Part shown: positions 1 to 8,323 of the stretch, piece after piece
Layout: every line of letters starts with the position of its first letter
Numbering within the stretch: the stretch's first letter is position 1
DNA from: Dehalococcoidia bacterium
GTDB taxonomy: Bacteria; Chloroflexota; Dehalococcoidia; Tepidiformales; Tepidiformaceae
Direction of reading: 5' to 3'
Assembly: GCA_031431695.1 (NCBI GenBank)
Contig: JANPDX010000408.1
Span: 1 to 43,071 of the forward strand
Length of the DNA: 43,071 nucleotides
Translations under genes and position numbers: made by a program
The notes under the pieces: model-generated
The model's database searches: none
The model's input: only the letters and a program-made list of their open reading frames with translations
What the model was told of the DNA's origin: nothing

Positions 1-142
1 CGCTCGGCCCATCCGCTCTCAGGCAATCGACTGCGGACATGACCATCCTCACGGTCGATTCGTCGGCATTTCGGGCAATGTTTTTGCTCACGCACTCTAG
101 ACCAGCCTCCCTCACCTTCCGTTCGATTTCGTCGCGGGTCAT
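1..142 (-). CDS. hypothetical protein, N-terminal part only (gene runs off the left edge)
   Basis: ATG at 142-140 overlaps the upstream TGA (ATGA). It reads MTRDEIERKVREAGLECVSKNIARNADESTVRMVMSAVDCLRADGPS with no stop down to position 1. Hand translated; absent from the ORF track. Confidence 0.5.
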   Translation of the reverse strand, partial: MTRDEIERKVREAGLECVSKNIARNADESTVRMVMSAVDCLRADGPS

Positions 143-291
143 TTCGTTCCTTTCGGATCGAGCCAGAAGCGAATCCCGATGCAGGGCAGCGGGAAGAAGT
201 ACAGGATTCCGTTCTTGCGGTCGTAGAAGAACCCGACCCACAAGTCGTACCAGCGGAAGATCACCTGCCACCAAACTCGGCGGAAGTTCAC
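139..291 (-). CDS. small Trp/Phe-rich hypothetical protein (50 aa)
   Basis: GTG at 291 lies six nt after GAAGGAGG. Product: VNFRRVWWQVIFRWYDLWVGFFYDRKNGILYFFPLPCIGIRFWLDPKGTK. Below the ORF-track length cutoff; found by hand translation. Confidence 0.55.
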   Translation of the reverse strand: MNFRRVWWQVIFRWYDLWVGFFYDRKNGILYFFPLPCIGIRFWLDPKGTK

Positions 292-337
292 CTCCCACCT
301 CCTTCGGGTTTCGTGGATTTCAGGGAGCTGTGTTCAT

Positions 338-637
338 TCATCTCGACTTCTCCTTCCTGAGCGCCAGTTCGAGGCGGGCGCAGGAACCTTGCCATCCTTT
401 TGCCGTAGCCTGCGACTTCAACTCGTTGAGCGGCCACGAATCCATCGCGTAGAATCTCATTGCTTCGCAGACGACCTGATCGCGCAGCCTCTCGATTTCG
501 GTCGAGCGCGGAGAGGGGAGGACGTAGCGGGTGTAACCGGACTTGCGCCTGACCTTGAATTTCTCAAGGACCTCGATGTCGTAGTTCGTGAGCCATACGC
601 TCTTCGGCGCACGCTTCCGGCGGGTGCGGGGGGTCAT
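338..637 (-). CDS. hypothetical basic protein (99 aa)
   Basis: Track ORF. ATG at 637 overlaps the RusA-like stop (ATGA). Third codon positions are coding-like. Confidence 0.7.
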   Translation of the reverse strand: MTPRTRRKRAPKSVWLTNYDIEVLEKFKVRRKSGYTRYVLPSPRSTEIERLRDQVVCEAMRFYAMDSWPLNELKSQATAKGWQGSCARLELALRKEKSR

Positions 638-1050
638 TTGTTTTTCCTTGGCGGGATTGGCAGTGGGAGAGGTGAGGTGGGGATTCCTGGCAGGCAGCGG
701 GCGGCCTCGTCGGGAGTGTAATACTCGAATCGGAAGTGAATGAATTCTTCGGCGCTGCGACGCCGGCGGTGGGAATGAGTGTCACAGAGTTGGTCGTCGT
801 CCGTATACAGCGTTTCGTTCAGGCCGTCTTCGAGGGCTTTGAGGTAGTTGGTTGAGTCGCCTTTCCAGTTCTGCTTGATGAAGAACCAGGCTTCGAGCTC
901 GCAGGGTAGTGGGGTTTGTGTCCGAGTGATCCCGAGGGCGCACCAGGCGATTGCTCGCTCGAAGACGCGGGTGGATGCTGGCGTGTAGCTGTGGCCGCTG
1001 CGGAGCACCCTGGCGCGCTTCTTGACCATCGGCCTGAGCTTGATGGTCAC
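634..1050 (-). CDS. rusA: RusA-family Holliday-junction resolvase (about 138 aa)
   Basis: IKLRPMVKKRARV..SYTP followed by GDSTNYLKALEDGLNETLYTDDDQL matches the RusA acidic catalytic block (E. coli [26 protein letters not shown], from memory). The first ~110 codons of track ORF 634..1377 are a wrong-frame shadow of 1073..1402. Start therefore placed at GTG 1050; ATG 1029 is an alternative. Confidence 0.7.
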   Translation of the reverse strand: MTIKLRPMVKKRARVLRSGHSYTPASTRVFERAIAWCALGITRTQTPLPCELEAWFFIKQNWKGDSTNYLKALEDGLNETLYTDDDQLCDTHSHRRRRSAEEFIHFRFEYYTPDEAARCLPGIPTSPLPLPIPPRKNK

Positions 1051-1072
1051 GCAGAGTGTTTTTCCGTCGCTG

Positions 1073-1402
1073 TCAATTATCCGATGGGGCAGTAGCGCTG
1101 GGAGGTTGGGATTGGAGTGGTGAAGAACCAGCGATGGCGACGCTGGTGCACGGGTAGCCTTCGACATTGCGGATCTCTCCGATCGGGGATGGCAGGATCT
1201 GGCTGAGCATGAACAGGATGACGCTGACATCTTTGTGATCGGGGTATTGGTGCTGGTCGTCGCGCATGGAGATTGCGATTGTCCACAAACCGGCGGTGAT
1301 GGGGTTTTCTCGGCACAGGGTGACTCGGTGCTTGTCGGTGAGGAGGAGGGTGACGCCTTTGTCGACGATAGCGGCAACGATTTTGAGTACCAGGTTGGTC
1401 AT
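1073..1402 (-). CDS. hypothetical protein (109 aa)
   Basis: Track ORF with strongly C-ending codons. It lies between the annealing-protein gene and rusA. No motif recognised. Confidence 0.65.
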   Translation of the reverse strand: MTNLVLKIVAAIVDKGVTLLLTDKHRVTLCRENPITAGLWTIAISMRDDQHQYPDHKDVSVILFMLSQILPSPIGEIRNVEGYPCTSVAIAGSSPLQSQPPSATAPSDN

Positions 1403-1408
1403 GGGTCT

Positions 1409-2764
1409 TTAGAACATCTCGGCGCCGTCGGCCATTCTGGAGTCGTCGGCAGCGGGAGGCTGGGGCAGGTCCTGGGTCGGCTTTTTCTCGGTGGGATCTA
1501 GGATGCACTCGAGCGAGTCGATCAGTCGGAAGACGCCTCCATCGAAGGGCTGGAGGTGGAAGACGATGCGCACCAGGCAGTCTTTCGCTTTGAGCTCGCG
1601 CGCTTTGTCGTAGACGGCCTTGTCCTTGGTGGTGTGCCAGTTTTTGTCAACGCTCATGCCGTACACGGTCGGCTTGTTCGGTGTGGCTCTGCTTTGGATG
1701 GCGGTGATCTTGCCGAAGGCCATGGTTTCTTTGATCTTCATTTGCTCGGGCGTGAGCGTGGGCGCCGGCTCGGCTGGGGGTTGGTATGGAGGCGGGTTAG
1801 GCCTGGTTGTCGGCGGCCGTCGCGGGGCTTCTGGGTCGAGTCGGTAGTTCTCGTGCTGCTGCTGGTTGGGTGGTTCGCGTGGCGGTACGGGGAGGGTGCG
1901 TTCGCGCTGCTGGGGTTGTGTATAAGTTACTTGGTTGGCTGGTACTGTTTCGGGCTCTTGGCCGCCTATGTTTTCAGCGTAGGCCTGGAGCTCTTCGGTG
2001 AGATTGCGCCCAGGGGCCTGTAAGGCTCCTTGAGGGGCTCTCGGGGGCGGTTGGATGGGATCAACGGTGATCGTGCGGGCTGGGGCCTGTTGTGTGCCTG
2101 CTTTTTGTCCGTGGGCGAGCTGTGTGGCCTGCTTTTTTGGCCTCCAAGTCGTGTGGGGTGGTGGCAGGGGTCGATCTTTGCGTTTCCAGAGGGTTTTCCA
2201 CGTTCCGTCTTTGGGGATCCAGACTTCGAGCTCTTCGGCCCATTCTGGTAGCCATTGGCTGACGAAGGCGCGATCCCAGCACTTGGAGAACATCGTGAGG
2301 TCCTTGCAGCAGCGCACCAGGGCGTTCGATTTGCAGCTCTCCGCGGCGTCGTCGTAGGTCATTCCTTTGCCGCCGAAGTAGGCCTGTCCGCCGCGGGCCT
2401 GGCCTGCGAACTTGCCGTTCACGAAGAGCGCCCAGGTGTGGGACATCTGTGTGCCGATCATGGTGGGGTTGTCGATCGGGACGAGGGCCCAGCCGCCGGG
2501 TTTGAAGGCGGCGTTGAGGCGTTCCCGGTATTTCATTTCTGGCACGTAGATGAGTCCGTCGGGGCGGATCTCGATCATGCCGTTGTCGATGTCTGCGATG
2601 AGGATCTCGATCTGCTGGGCGGTGAGAGCGAGCGTGCCGGCAGCGTTGTAGAATTTTTCGGGCAGTCCAGGTCCCGGTGGGATGCTCGCGAGCTTGTTCG
2701 GGGGTTCTCCTTGCTGGTAGTTGTGCGGTTCTTCTGCGGATGGCATTGGCGCCTGTGGGCTCAT
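1409..2764 (-). CDS. Mgm101-family (Rad52-like) single-strand annealing protein with Pro/Gln-rich linker and extra C-terminal domain (451 aa)
   Basis: IRPDGLIYVPEMKYRERLNAAFKPGGWALVP, ESCKSNALVRCCKDLTMFSKCWDRAFVSQW and LWKRKDRP match the yeast Mgm101 core as remembered. ATG at 2764 overlaps the upstream stop (ATGA). The 110 codons upstream in track ORF 1409..3094 are Arg-rich shadow. Confidence 0.8.
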   Translation of the reverse strand: MSPQAPMPSAEEPHNYQQGEPPNKLASIPPGPGLPEKFYNAAGTLALTAQQIEILIADIDNGMIEIRPDGLIYVPEMKYRERLNAAFKPGGWALVPIDNPTMIGTQMSHTWALFVNGKFAGQARGGQAYFGGKGMTYDDAAESCKSNALVRCCKDLTMFSKCWDRAFVSQWLPEWAEELEVWIPKDGTWKTLWKRKDRPLPPPHTTWRPKKQATQLAHGQKAGTQQAPARTITVDPIQPPPRAPQGALQAPGRNLTEELQAYAENIGGQEPETVPANQVTYTQPQQRERTLPVPPREPPNQQQHENYRLDPEAPRRPPTTRPNPPPYQPPAEPAPTLTPEQMKIKETMAFGKITAIQSRATPNKPTVYGMSVDKNWHTTKDKAVYDKARELKAKDCLVRIVFHLQPFDGGVFRLIDSLECILDPTEKKPTQDLPQPPAADDSRMADGAEMF

Positions 2765-3357
2765 GTTGCTTCCTCGTCTGTGAAGGGGGTGATGCCGGCG
2801 AAGGGGTCTTCGTCGGGTTTGGGATTGGAGGCTCGGGCAACGATGTCGGTCGCTGCGGCTCTGGAGATGTCGCCGCTCTGGTACGCGGTCGTCAGCGCGC
2901 TGGCTTTCAGCCAGGTGGTGAGTTGGTGGGGGCCGAGTTGGTTCCAGAAGGAACGCTCCTCGATTTCCTCCCAGCCGTTGTGGGGTGCGTAGAATTGCTT
3001 CGGTGTGCACGTGCAGGGCTTCACCATCTGGACGACGCGATCGCCTTTTTGAAGGTAGCAGTCGATCCATCCGGTGTCGCCACAAGCGGCGCATTTGACG
3101 GGTCCAGCGCGGCTCGCCTCTTTCGGTGGGTTGAGAGCGCGTGCGGCCTCTGCCATGGCTGCGCGGATTGCATCGGGCTTTGGGACGTAGTGCCCCGCGT
3201 TTTTGAGGAGTTTCGTGATCCCCTTTTTGAGTAGTTCGGGATCGCTGTCGCCTAGGGCGTAGAAGAGGCCGTCGGCATATTCGGTGAGGCGGGGCACGCT
3301 CATGTGGTACAGCTTGCCGATCGGGGCCAGCAGGACCGCGAAGTCAGCTTTGTCCAT
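2761..3357 (-). CDS. putative replicative-helicase loader (G39P-like N-terminal domain plus zinc ribbon)
   Basis: The N-terminus DKADFAVLLAPIGKLYHMSVPRLTEYADGLFYALGDSDPELLKKGITKLLKNAGHYVPKPDAIRAAM follows the G39P loader/inhibitor pattern as remembered. It is followed by CAACGDTGWIDC....CTC. Its neighbours are the annealing-protein gene and a hypothetical ORF, with dnaB about 3.6 kb upstream in the same arm. Confidence 0.5.
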   Translation of the reverse strand: MDKADFAVLLAPIGKLYHMSVPRLTEYADGLFYALGDSDPELLKKGITKLLKNAGHYVPKPDAIRAAMAEAARALNPPKEASRAGPVKCAACGDTGWIDCYLQKGDRVVQMVKPCTCTPKQFYAPHNGWEEIEERSFWNQLGPHQLTTWLKASALTTAYQSGDISRAAATDIVARASNPKPDEDPFAGITPFTDEEAT

Positions 3358-3847
3358 GTGGGCCTCGCTGTGACGCCTGGCGAACCTGCTTTTCGTAGGA
3401 TCCGCCGGTGTTTTGCTGGCGTAGCAGCTTCATGACGTCGTAGAAGTCGAGGTCTTCGGAGCTGGCGGCCGCGTTCTTGATGGCCTGGCCGGTGACTCCC
3501 TGGCGAAGCAGGTCGGCGATCGCGTTGGCTTTTGAAAACTTGCTCGGCGCGGCCATGTGGTTGAAGTAGAAGGTCAATCCATAGGCGGGTCCTTTCATGG
3601 TGTTCCCCCCGGGGTTTTTGGAGTCGTCGGAGGGATGGGTGATGGCGTAGACGCTTTCGAGGATTCGTCGCGAGGTATTGAGCAGAAAGTCGGAGACTCC
3701 GGGGTTTTTCATCTTGGTGTCGGAGGCCCAGATGTAGAGCTGCTTGGCGATGTGCTTCAGTTGCGCGTGCGCGTCCTTCACCGAGAGAGACTTTGGGGGC
3801 GGTGGTGGGACGGCAGGCGGGTTGTCGAACAGTGGCGGCTGGTCCAC
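3344..3847 (-). CDS. hypothetical protein (167 aa, Pro-rich N-terminus)
   Basis: GTG at 3847 lies 5 nt after AAGGAG. The upstream part of track ORF 3344..4048 overlaps the ParB-like gene and is discounted. Confidence 0.6.
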   Translation of the reverse strand: MDQPPLFDNPPAVPPPPPKSLSVKDAHAQLKHIAKQLYIWASDTKMKNPGVSDFLLNTSRRILESVYAITHPSDDSKNPGGNTMKGPAYGLTFYFNHMAAPSKFSKANAIADLLRQGVTGQAIKNAAASSEDLDFYDVMKLLRQQNTGGSYEKQVRQASQRGPHGQS

Positions 3848-3879
3848 TTGTTCTCCTTGGAACTGACGGGGGTGAGAGT

Positions 3880-5478
3880 CTACTTCTTTTTCTTTGCTTC
3901 GCGGAGTTTCTCCCAGCTTTTCGGTTCCGGGAGTGCGGCCGCGGCGGCCTTCTCGAGCTCGGCCCACTTCATCCGGCAGAGCTGGGCGACGTGCTTCGTG
4001 TTGTCGATCGCTTTGAGCGCAACGTGTGACTGGTAGCTGGTAAGCCACTTTATGAGGTTGCGGTGCATGGCGGGCCAGGCGAGTTGGGCTGTGTTGATGA
4101 GATGTTTGTGCTTCGGAACTGCGACCTCGTTCTTGTTGCCCACGTTGTCGACTCCGTAACAGCCAACGTGGAAGGCGAGGTCGATGATCTGCCAGGCTTC
4201 GGGCTCGGTCATGTCCTTGTGCATGAAGCAGTTTTCGTGCTTTGCGATCTCGTCGCGGACGGACTGTTCCATGAGTGAGGCGCGGCGGGCGTCGAGCTGC
4301 TCCTCGCGGTCCTCGAGCATCTTTTCGGCCTGCTTTGGCGTGGGGCTCTTGGGTGCAGGCGCCTTCTCCGGCTTCTCGCCCTTGGCCTTCTTCCTTTTCG
4401 TGGTGACGTCGTATTTGTAGAGCTGGTCGTACTCGCCCATGAAGTGGTAGGTGACTGTGCCAGCGAGGGGGCCGTCGATCCAGAGGCCTTGGATGACTGC
4501 GGTGTGGTGGGATTGTTTTTTGAGATTGGGCCGGTGGACGAGCAGGACGGGAGGTGTGTGTTTGTCGTCGTGGGCGCTGGTGGAGAACAGGACGCCGGCA
4601 GGGTGTTTCTCCAGGAAGGTGGGGAGCAGGCGATCAGCGAAGGCGTGCGCTTTCCTTGTCCAGCAGTCCGGGTCGAGGCAGCGGTCCTTTTTCGGGAGCT
4701 TCTTGTTACCAGCGTCGGTGATGTCGTCGAACAGGCCGGGCGTGCAGCTGGCGCGTTTCGTGCAGTTGAGGCAGGCGCCCGCTTTGGGGTCGAGGGCTTC
4801 GTCATCAAGCTTCCACGGTGCGCCGGAAAGGAATCTGGTGTGTTCGGCAATCGCGTGGTCGAGGCTTTCGAAGGACACATTGTGGAAGCCGTGTTTGCCG
4901 AATTCCTTCATGAAGGTGATTTGCGAGGTGGGCTCAAGCATGGCGATGCGCTCCAGCGAAGCGGCACTCCACCGTGGCATCTTTGACTTGTCGCTGAGCC
5001 ATTCTTTTTTCAGATCGGGGTGCAGGCGGTCGATGCGTGCCCGGCGAGCGACCCAGCCCAGGTCTTTGCCGAGTTTCTCAGCGATCTCTTTCGTTCCCCA
5101 GCCGATGGTTGTGAGGGAGTTCACGCCGGCGGATTCTTCCAGGACGGAGAGGTCTTCGCGTTGGAGGTTTTCCGTGACAGTGATGGCGATTGCGGCGTTT
5201 TCGTCGAGGGGTGTGATGATGGCGGCGATGGTTGCAAGGCCGGCCATGTGGGTTGCTCGCCAGCGTCGTTCGCCGGCGACGAGCTCGTACTGGTAGTGGT
5301 CTTTGGGGTCGGTGATTGCGCGCACTACTACGGGGCTGATGAGGCCCATGGACTTGATCGAATCGGCAAGCTGCTGGAGGTGAGGATTTTTGGGGTCGAT
5401 GCGCCTCGGGTTGTGTGGTGAAGGTCGGATGGAGTCGATCTTGAGTTCGACTGCGGGGGTTGCTGCGGTGGGGCTCAT
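3880..5478 (-). CDS. ParB-like nuclease-domain protein with long C-terminal extension (532 aa)
   Basis: IRPSPHNPRR, LADSIKSMGLISPVVVR and YELVAGERRWRA are classic ParB/Srx N-terminal motifs. A Cys cluster CLNCTKRASC..CLDPDC follows. GAGGAA precedes the ATG. Confidence 0.85.
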   Translation of the reverse strand: MSPTAATPAVELKIDSIRPSPHNPRRIDPKNPHLQQLADSIKSMGLISPVVVRAITDPKDHYQYELVAGERRWRATHMAGLATIAAIITPLDENAAIAITVTENLQREDLSVLEESAGVNSLTTIGWGTKEIAEKLGKDLGWVARRARIDRLHPDLKKEWLSDKSKMPRWSAASLERIAMLEPTSQITFMKEFGKHGFHNVSFESLDHAIAEHTRFLSGAPWKLDDEALDPKAGACLNCTKRASCTPGLFDDITDAGNKKLPKKDRCLDPDCWTRKAHAFADRLLPTFLEKHPAGVLFSTSAHDDKHTPPVLLVHRPNLKKQSHHTAVIQGLWIDGPLAGTVTYHFMGEYDQLYKYDVTTKRKKAKGEKPEKAPAPKSPTPKQAEKMLEDREEQLDARRASLMEQSVRDEIAKHENCFMHKDMTEPEAWQIIDLAFHVGCYGVDNVGNKNEVAVPKHKHLINTAQLAWPAMHRNLIKWLTSYQSHVALKAIDNTKHVAQLCRMKWAELEKAAAAALPEPKSWEKLREAKKKK

Positions 5479-5488
5479 GCGGGGTTCC

Positions 5489-6205
5489 TCAATGAAGGGG
5501 GTAGACGATCACGGCTTGCAGGCGATCCCAGCATTTGCGGCATTCGCCGCACTTCGGGGATTCGCTGGACTTGTAGGCGGGGCAGCTGGTGCGTGCGTCG
5601 TGGTCGAACTGTTTGGCGTACTGGACGGCTGAGTAGGTTACTCCGCTTGGGTTGGTGCGATGTGGCAGGGAATCTTTGTGAGGCTCGTGGGCCGCTCCTG
5701 GCGGCAGGATGAGGTGGCGGGTGAGACGTACGGTGACGTTCTGGGGAATGATCACTCCGGTGTCGATCGCGGCGCGGAGGATGTTCTCATCCTGCGTCGA
5801 GATCCAGTGTTTGTAGTTGGGCGTCAACATGCCGACGGCGAGGATTCGCTTCAGCATGGGCAGGTCAACCAGGTCGCCCGAGTCGAACCAGCGCATCGTG
5901 TCGAGCCGGCCGAGGTCGTACAGGCGAGCGAGAAGCTTGTGCATGTTGCAGGCCCAGAGGTCGGGATCTTTTGCGTAGCAGCGGAGTCGCCTGCGTTGGG
6001 CGTTGAGGGAATTCGGGAAGTTCATGAAGCCTTTGCGGCAGTAGCAGTGGGAGCAGACCGAGTGCGGGATCTTGAGGTAAATCTTGCGTGCAGCGCAGAC
6101 GGCGATCGGAATTCCCCAGGAGAGCCCGGGCATTTTCGAATTAGACGACAGCCCCCCCACCGCTCTCCACTCGGGGATCAGGTCGGCAATATCTCGAAAG
6201 TTCAT
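5489..6205 (-). CDS. Cys-cluster protein resembling the phage GP88 family (238 aa)
   Basis: SWGIPIAVC....CSHCYCRKGF...RWFDSGDL...TPNYKHWISTQ and the C-terminal CPAYKSSESPKCGECRKC fit my recollection of the GP88 (PF17338) pattern. Unverified. An alternative start at ATG 6133 would remove the 65-nt overlap with 6141..6488. Confidence 0.45.
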   Translation of the reverse strand: MNFRDIADLIPEWRAVGGLSSNSKMPGLSWGIPIAVCAARKIYLKIPHSVCSHCYCRKGFMNFPNSLNAQRRRLRCYAKDPDLWACNMHKLLARLYDLGRLDTMRWFDSGDLVDLPMLKRILAVGMLTPNYKHWISTQDENILRAAIDTGVIIPQNVTVRLTRHLILPPGAAHEPHKDSLPHRTNPSGVTYSAVQYAKQFDHDARTSCPAYKSSESPKCGECRKCWDRLQAVIVYPLH

Positions 6206-6488
6206 GTGGCACTCTTTTTGTGTTGTGGGGGAGGGCGACGGATCCGAGGCAGCGGTAGCAGCTCATCCAGCAGCGGGAGCCGACGTTGTGAATCTTGGGG
6301 TTCAGTTTGCGATCGGCGCCGCGGCAGGCGCAGCGGCCTTGCCTCATCACGGTCGCGTGTCGGGCTTTGGTGCAATCCATGCAGACGCACCACAGGAGAG
6401 CTTCTACGGGGTTGAGGCCGCGAGAGCATCCTTCGCAGGTGGGTCTGGGGGCCAGTCGGGGAGTAGGGCGGATCTGTTCGTTGGTCAT
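6141..6488 (-). CDS. Cys-rich (about 14 Cys) hypothetical protein (115 aa)
   Basis: ATG at 6488 overlaps the upstream stop (ATGA). Cys spacing: CEGC..(14)..CVCMDC..(14)..CAC..(20)..CWMSCYRC. C-ending codons persist until the overlap with the next gene. Confidence 0.6.
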   Translation of the reverse strand: MTNEQIRPTPRLAPRPTCEGCSRGLNPVEALLWCVCMDCTKARHATVMRQGRCACRGADRKLNPKIHNVGSRCWMSCYRCLGSVALPHNTKRVPHELSRYCRPDPRVESGGGAVV

Positions 6489-6709
6489 TTGGGGACTTGG
6501 CTGTTGAAGGAATGGAGGCGCGGCCAGCCGTACTTGTCGAGTTGGACGGTGTGGCGCGCCTTGAAGAGGTCGTGGAGTTGTTCTTTGCAGAGGCATGCGA
6601 TAGCGCCTCTGTGGCTGTTTCCGATGTCTTGATGTGCGAGGTTGTAGCGGATGTCGATGATCAGATCGCGCACGATGAGCTTGATGAGTTGTTGGCGTGT
6701 GTAGTTCAT
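6485..6709 (-). CDS. hypothetical protein (74 aa)
   Basis: ATG at 6709 overlaps the upstream stop (ATGA). It reads MNYTRQQLIKLIVRDLIIDIRYNLAHQD... The upstream 45 codons of the track ORF are Arg-rich shadow. Confidence 0.6.
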   Translation of the reverse strand: MNYTRQQLIKLIVRDLIIDIRYNLAHQDIGNSHRGAIACLCKEQLHDLFKARHTVQLDKYGWPRLHSFNSQVPK

Positions 6710-6954
6710 TCGTCGACGCCGTCCTCGAGGTCGATCCATTGGTAGAGCATGAGTTGCTGGAGGCCGTAAACGGCGGGCTCGCCGCAGGATTCGCATTTGT
6801 AGATTTCGGCGTCGGGTTCGACCTGACTCTGCGACTGGTGGCACTTCACGCAGTAGCCCATGTTCTCTTCGGATTCTTCAGCGTAGGTCGCCTCGTCCAT
6901 CCTGATCTTGCTCGCGCCTTCGATCTTCCAGGGCACGTGGATGTCGCTAGCCAT
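6706..6954 (-). CDS. zinc-ribbon protein (82 aa)
   Basis: CVKCH..(16)..CESCG motif with acidic flanks. The start overlaps the dnaB 3' end by 8 nt. Confidence 0.65.
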   Translation of the reverse strand: MASDIHVPWKIEGASKIRMDEATYAEESEENMGYCVKCHQSQSQVEPDAEIYKCESCGEPAVYGLQQLMLYQWIDLEDGVDE

Positions 6955-8323
6955 TCTGTTGCTCCTTTTGGTAGGGGACGGGTTGGTCGAAGCGCGTGAA
7001 CTGTTGGCGCCATAGCAGCCGGATATCTCCCGTTGGGCCGGTTCTTTGTTTGGCGATAATCAGTTGCGTTTCCGTGGTGTCGGCTTCAGGCGAAGCTGCG
7101 TCGGTTGCGAAGTATCCTGGTCGGTGGATCAGAATGACGACATCTGCGTCTTGCTCAAGTGATCCGGATTCACGTAGGTCGGACAGCATCGGGCGATGGC
7201 TGTCACGCTTTTCGACGTCGCGGTTGAGCTGAGAGAGAGCAAGGACCGGCACGTCGAGTTCGCGTGCCAGTTCCTTCAGGGCTCGGGAGATGAAGCCGAT
7301 CTCGCCTTGCCGGTTGTCGAGGCGTTGCCCCCCGGTGTCCGCCGCGCGAGCGGTCACAAGTTGCAGATAGTCCACGATCACAAGGGCCAGCGGTGACTTC
7401 GAGTGCAGCTTCCTGGCGCGACTGCGGATTTGGCTGATGCTGAGGCCGGACGAATCGTCGATGTGCAATGGCGAGGAGCTGAGCTGAGTCGCGGCGCCCA
7501 CCAGTCGCGCTTTTTCGTTGATCGTCAATTGTCCCTGCTTCAGCCTGTGCTGGTTGATTCGAGCCCGTGAGCACAGGATGTTGCGAGCAACCTGGCGCGA
7601 GTTCATTTCGAGAGAGAAGATCGCGCATTGCTTGTTGTCGAGGATCGCGACGTTCTCAGCAATGTTGAGCGCGAGGGAACTTTTGCCCATGCTCGGCCTG
7701 CCGGCGATGAGGATCAGTTGGCCGGGCTGGAATCCGCTCAGCAGTTCGTCGAGGCTTTCGTATCCGGTGAAGAGTGTTGGGTCTTTCGGGTGTTCGCCGG
7801 GGTTGGAGGTGAGCTGGGTCAGTGTCGGGTGAAGGATCGAGGCGATCGAGCTGGCGTCCGCGGCGGTCTGGTGGGCGATCTTGAAAAGTTCGGCCTGCGA
7901 CAGCGCGTCGAGCTCCTCTTTCGTGCACGTCGGGCTCATGGCGACCTGGATCACCGCTCTGGCGGCGTCGATGTATTCGCGAGCGACGGCTTTTTCGTGG
8001 ACGAGCGAGGCGTAGTATTCGGCATTGGTGCTTGTGGGCGTGCATTTCATGAGGTCGAGAAGGTAGTCGGCGCCGCCGGCGTCCTCGAGCAGGCGCGAGC
8101 GGTCGAGGTGGGAGCGCAACGTCACGGCGTCGAGTGGCGAGTTCTTTGCCGACAGCGCGAGCATGGCAGCGAAGATGATGCAGTGCTTGATTACGTAGAA
8201 TGACTGCGGTTTGATCTTCTGGTCGATGTGGTGCAGCACTCTGTCGTCGAGAAGAATGGAGCCCAGCAGACACTTCTCTGCTTCGATGTTGTGTGGCAGT
8301 GGGTTGTTCATGCTGGGCTCCAT
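6947..8323 (-). CDS. dnaB: replicative DNA helicase DnaB
   Basis: NIEAEKCLLGSILLDD, Walker A GRPSMGKSSLALN, LVIVDYLQL, SQLNRDVE and ESGSLEQDADVV. The second ATG at 8311 has the better GGAG spacing. Confidence 0.95.
   Translation of the reverse strand: MEPSMNNPLPHNIEAEKCLLGSILLDDRVLHHIDQKIKPQSFYVIKHCIIFAAMLALSAKNSPLDAVTLRSHLDRSRLLEDAGGADYLLDLMKCTPTSTNAEYYASLVHEKAVAREYIDAARAVIQVAMSPTCTKEELDALSQAELFKIAHQTAADASSIASILHPTLTQLTSNPGEHPKDPTLFTGYESLDELLSGFQPGQLILIAGRPSMGKSSLALNIAENVAILDNKQCAIFSLEMNSRQVARNILCSRARINQHRLKQGQLTINEKARLVGAATQLSSSPLHIDDSSGLSISQIRSRARKLHSKSPLALVIVDYLQLVTARAADTGGQRLDNRQGEIGFISRALKELARELDVPVLALSQLNRDVEKRDSHRPMLSDLRESGSLEQDADVVILIHRPGYFATDAASPEADTTETQLIIAKQRTGPTGDIRLLWRQQFTRFDQPVPYQKEQQNG

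Noticed and set aside
39-452. A 137-aa plus-strand ORF at the left edge
   Set aside because: It is antisense to three well-supported minus-strand genes and has Ser/Arg-rich shadow composition.
634-3094. Long N-terminal extensions of track ORFs 634..1377 and 1409..3094. The same applies to 3344..4048, 6141..6596, 6485..6844, 9655..9957, 9870..10325, 10106..11017, 10956..11648, 12144..12680 and 23670..24584.
   Set aside because: The extensions overlap the preceding gene in another frame, are Arg/Pro/His-rich, and end where an internal ATG or GTG with an ATGA overlap or good SD begins recognisable protein sequence.
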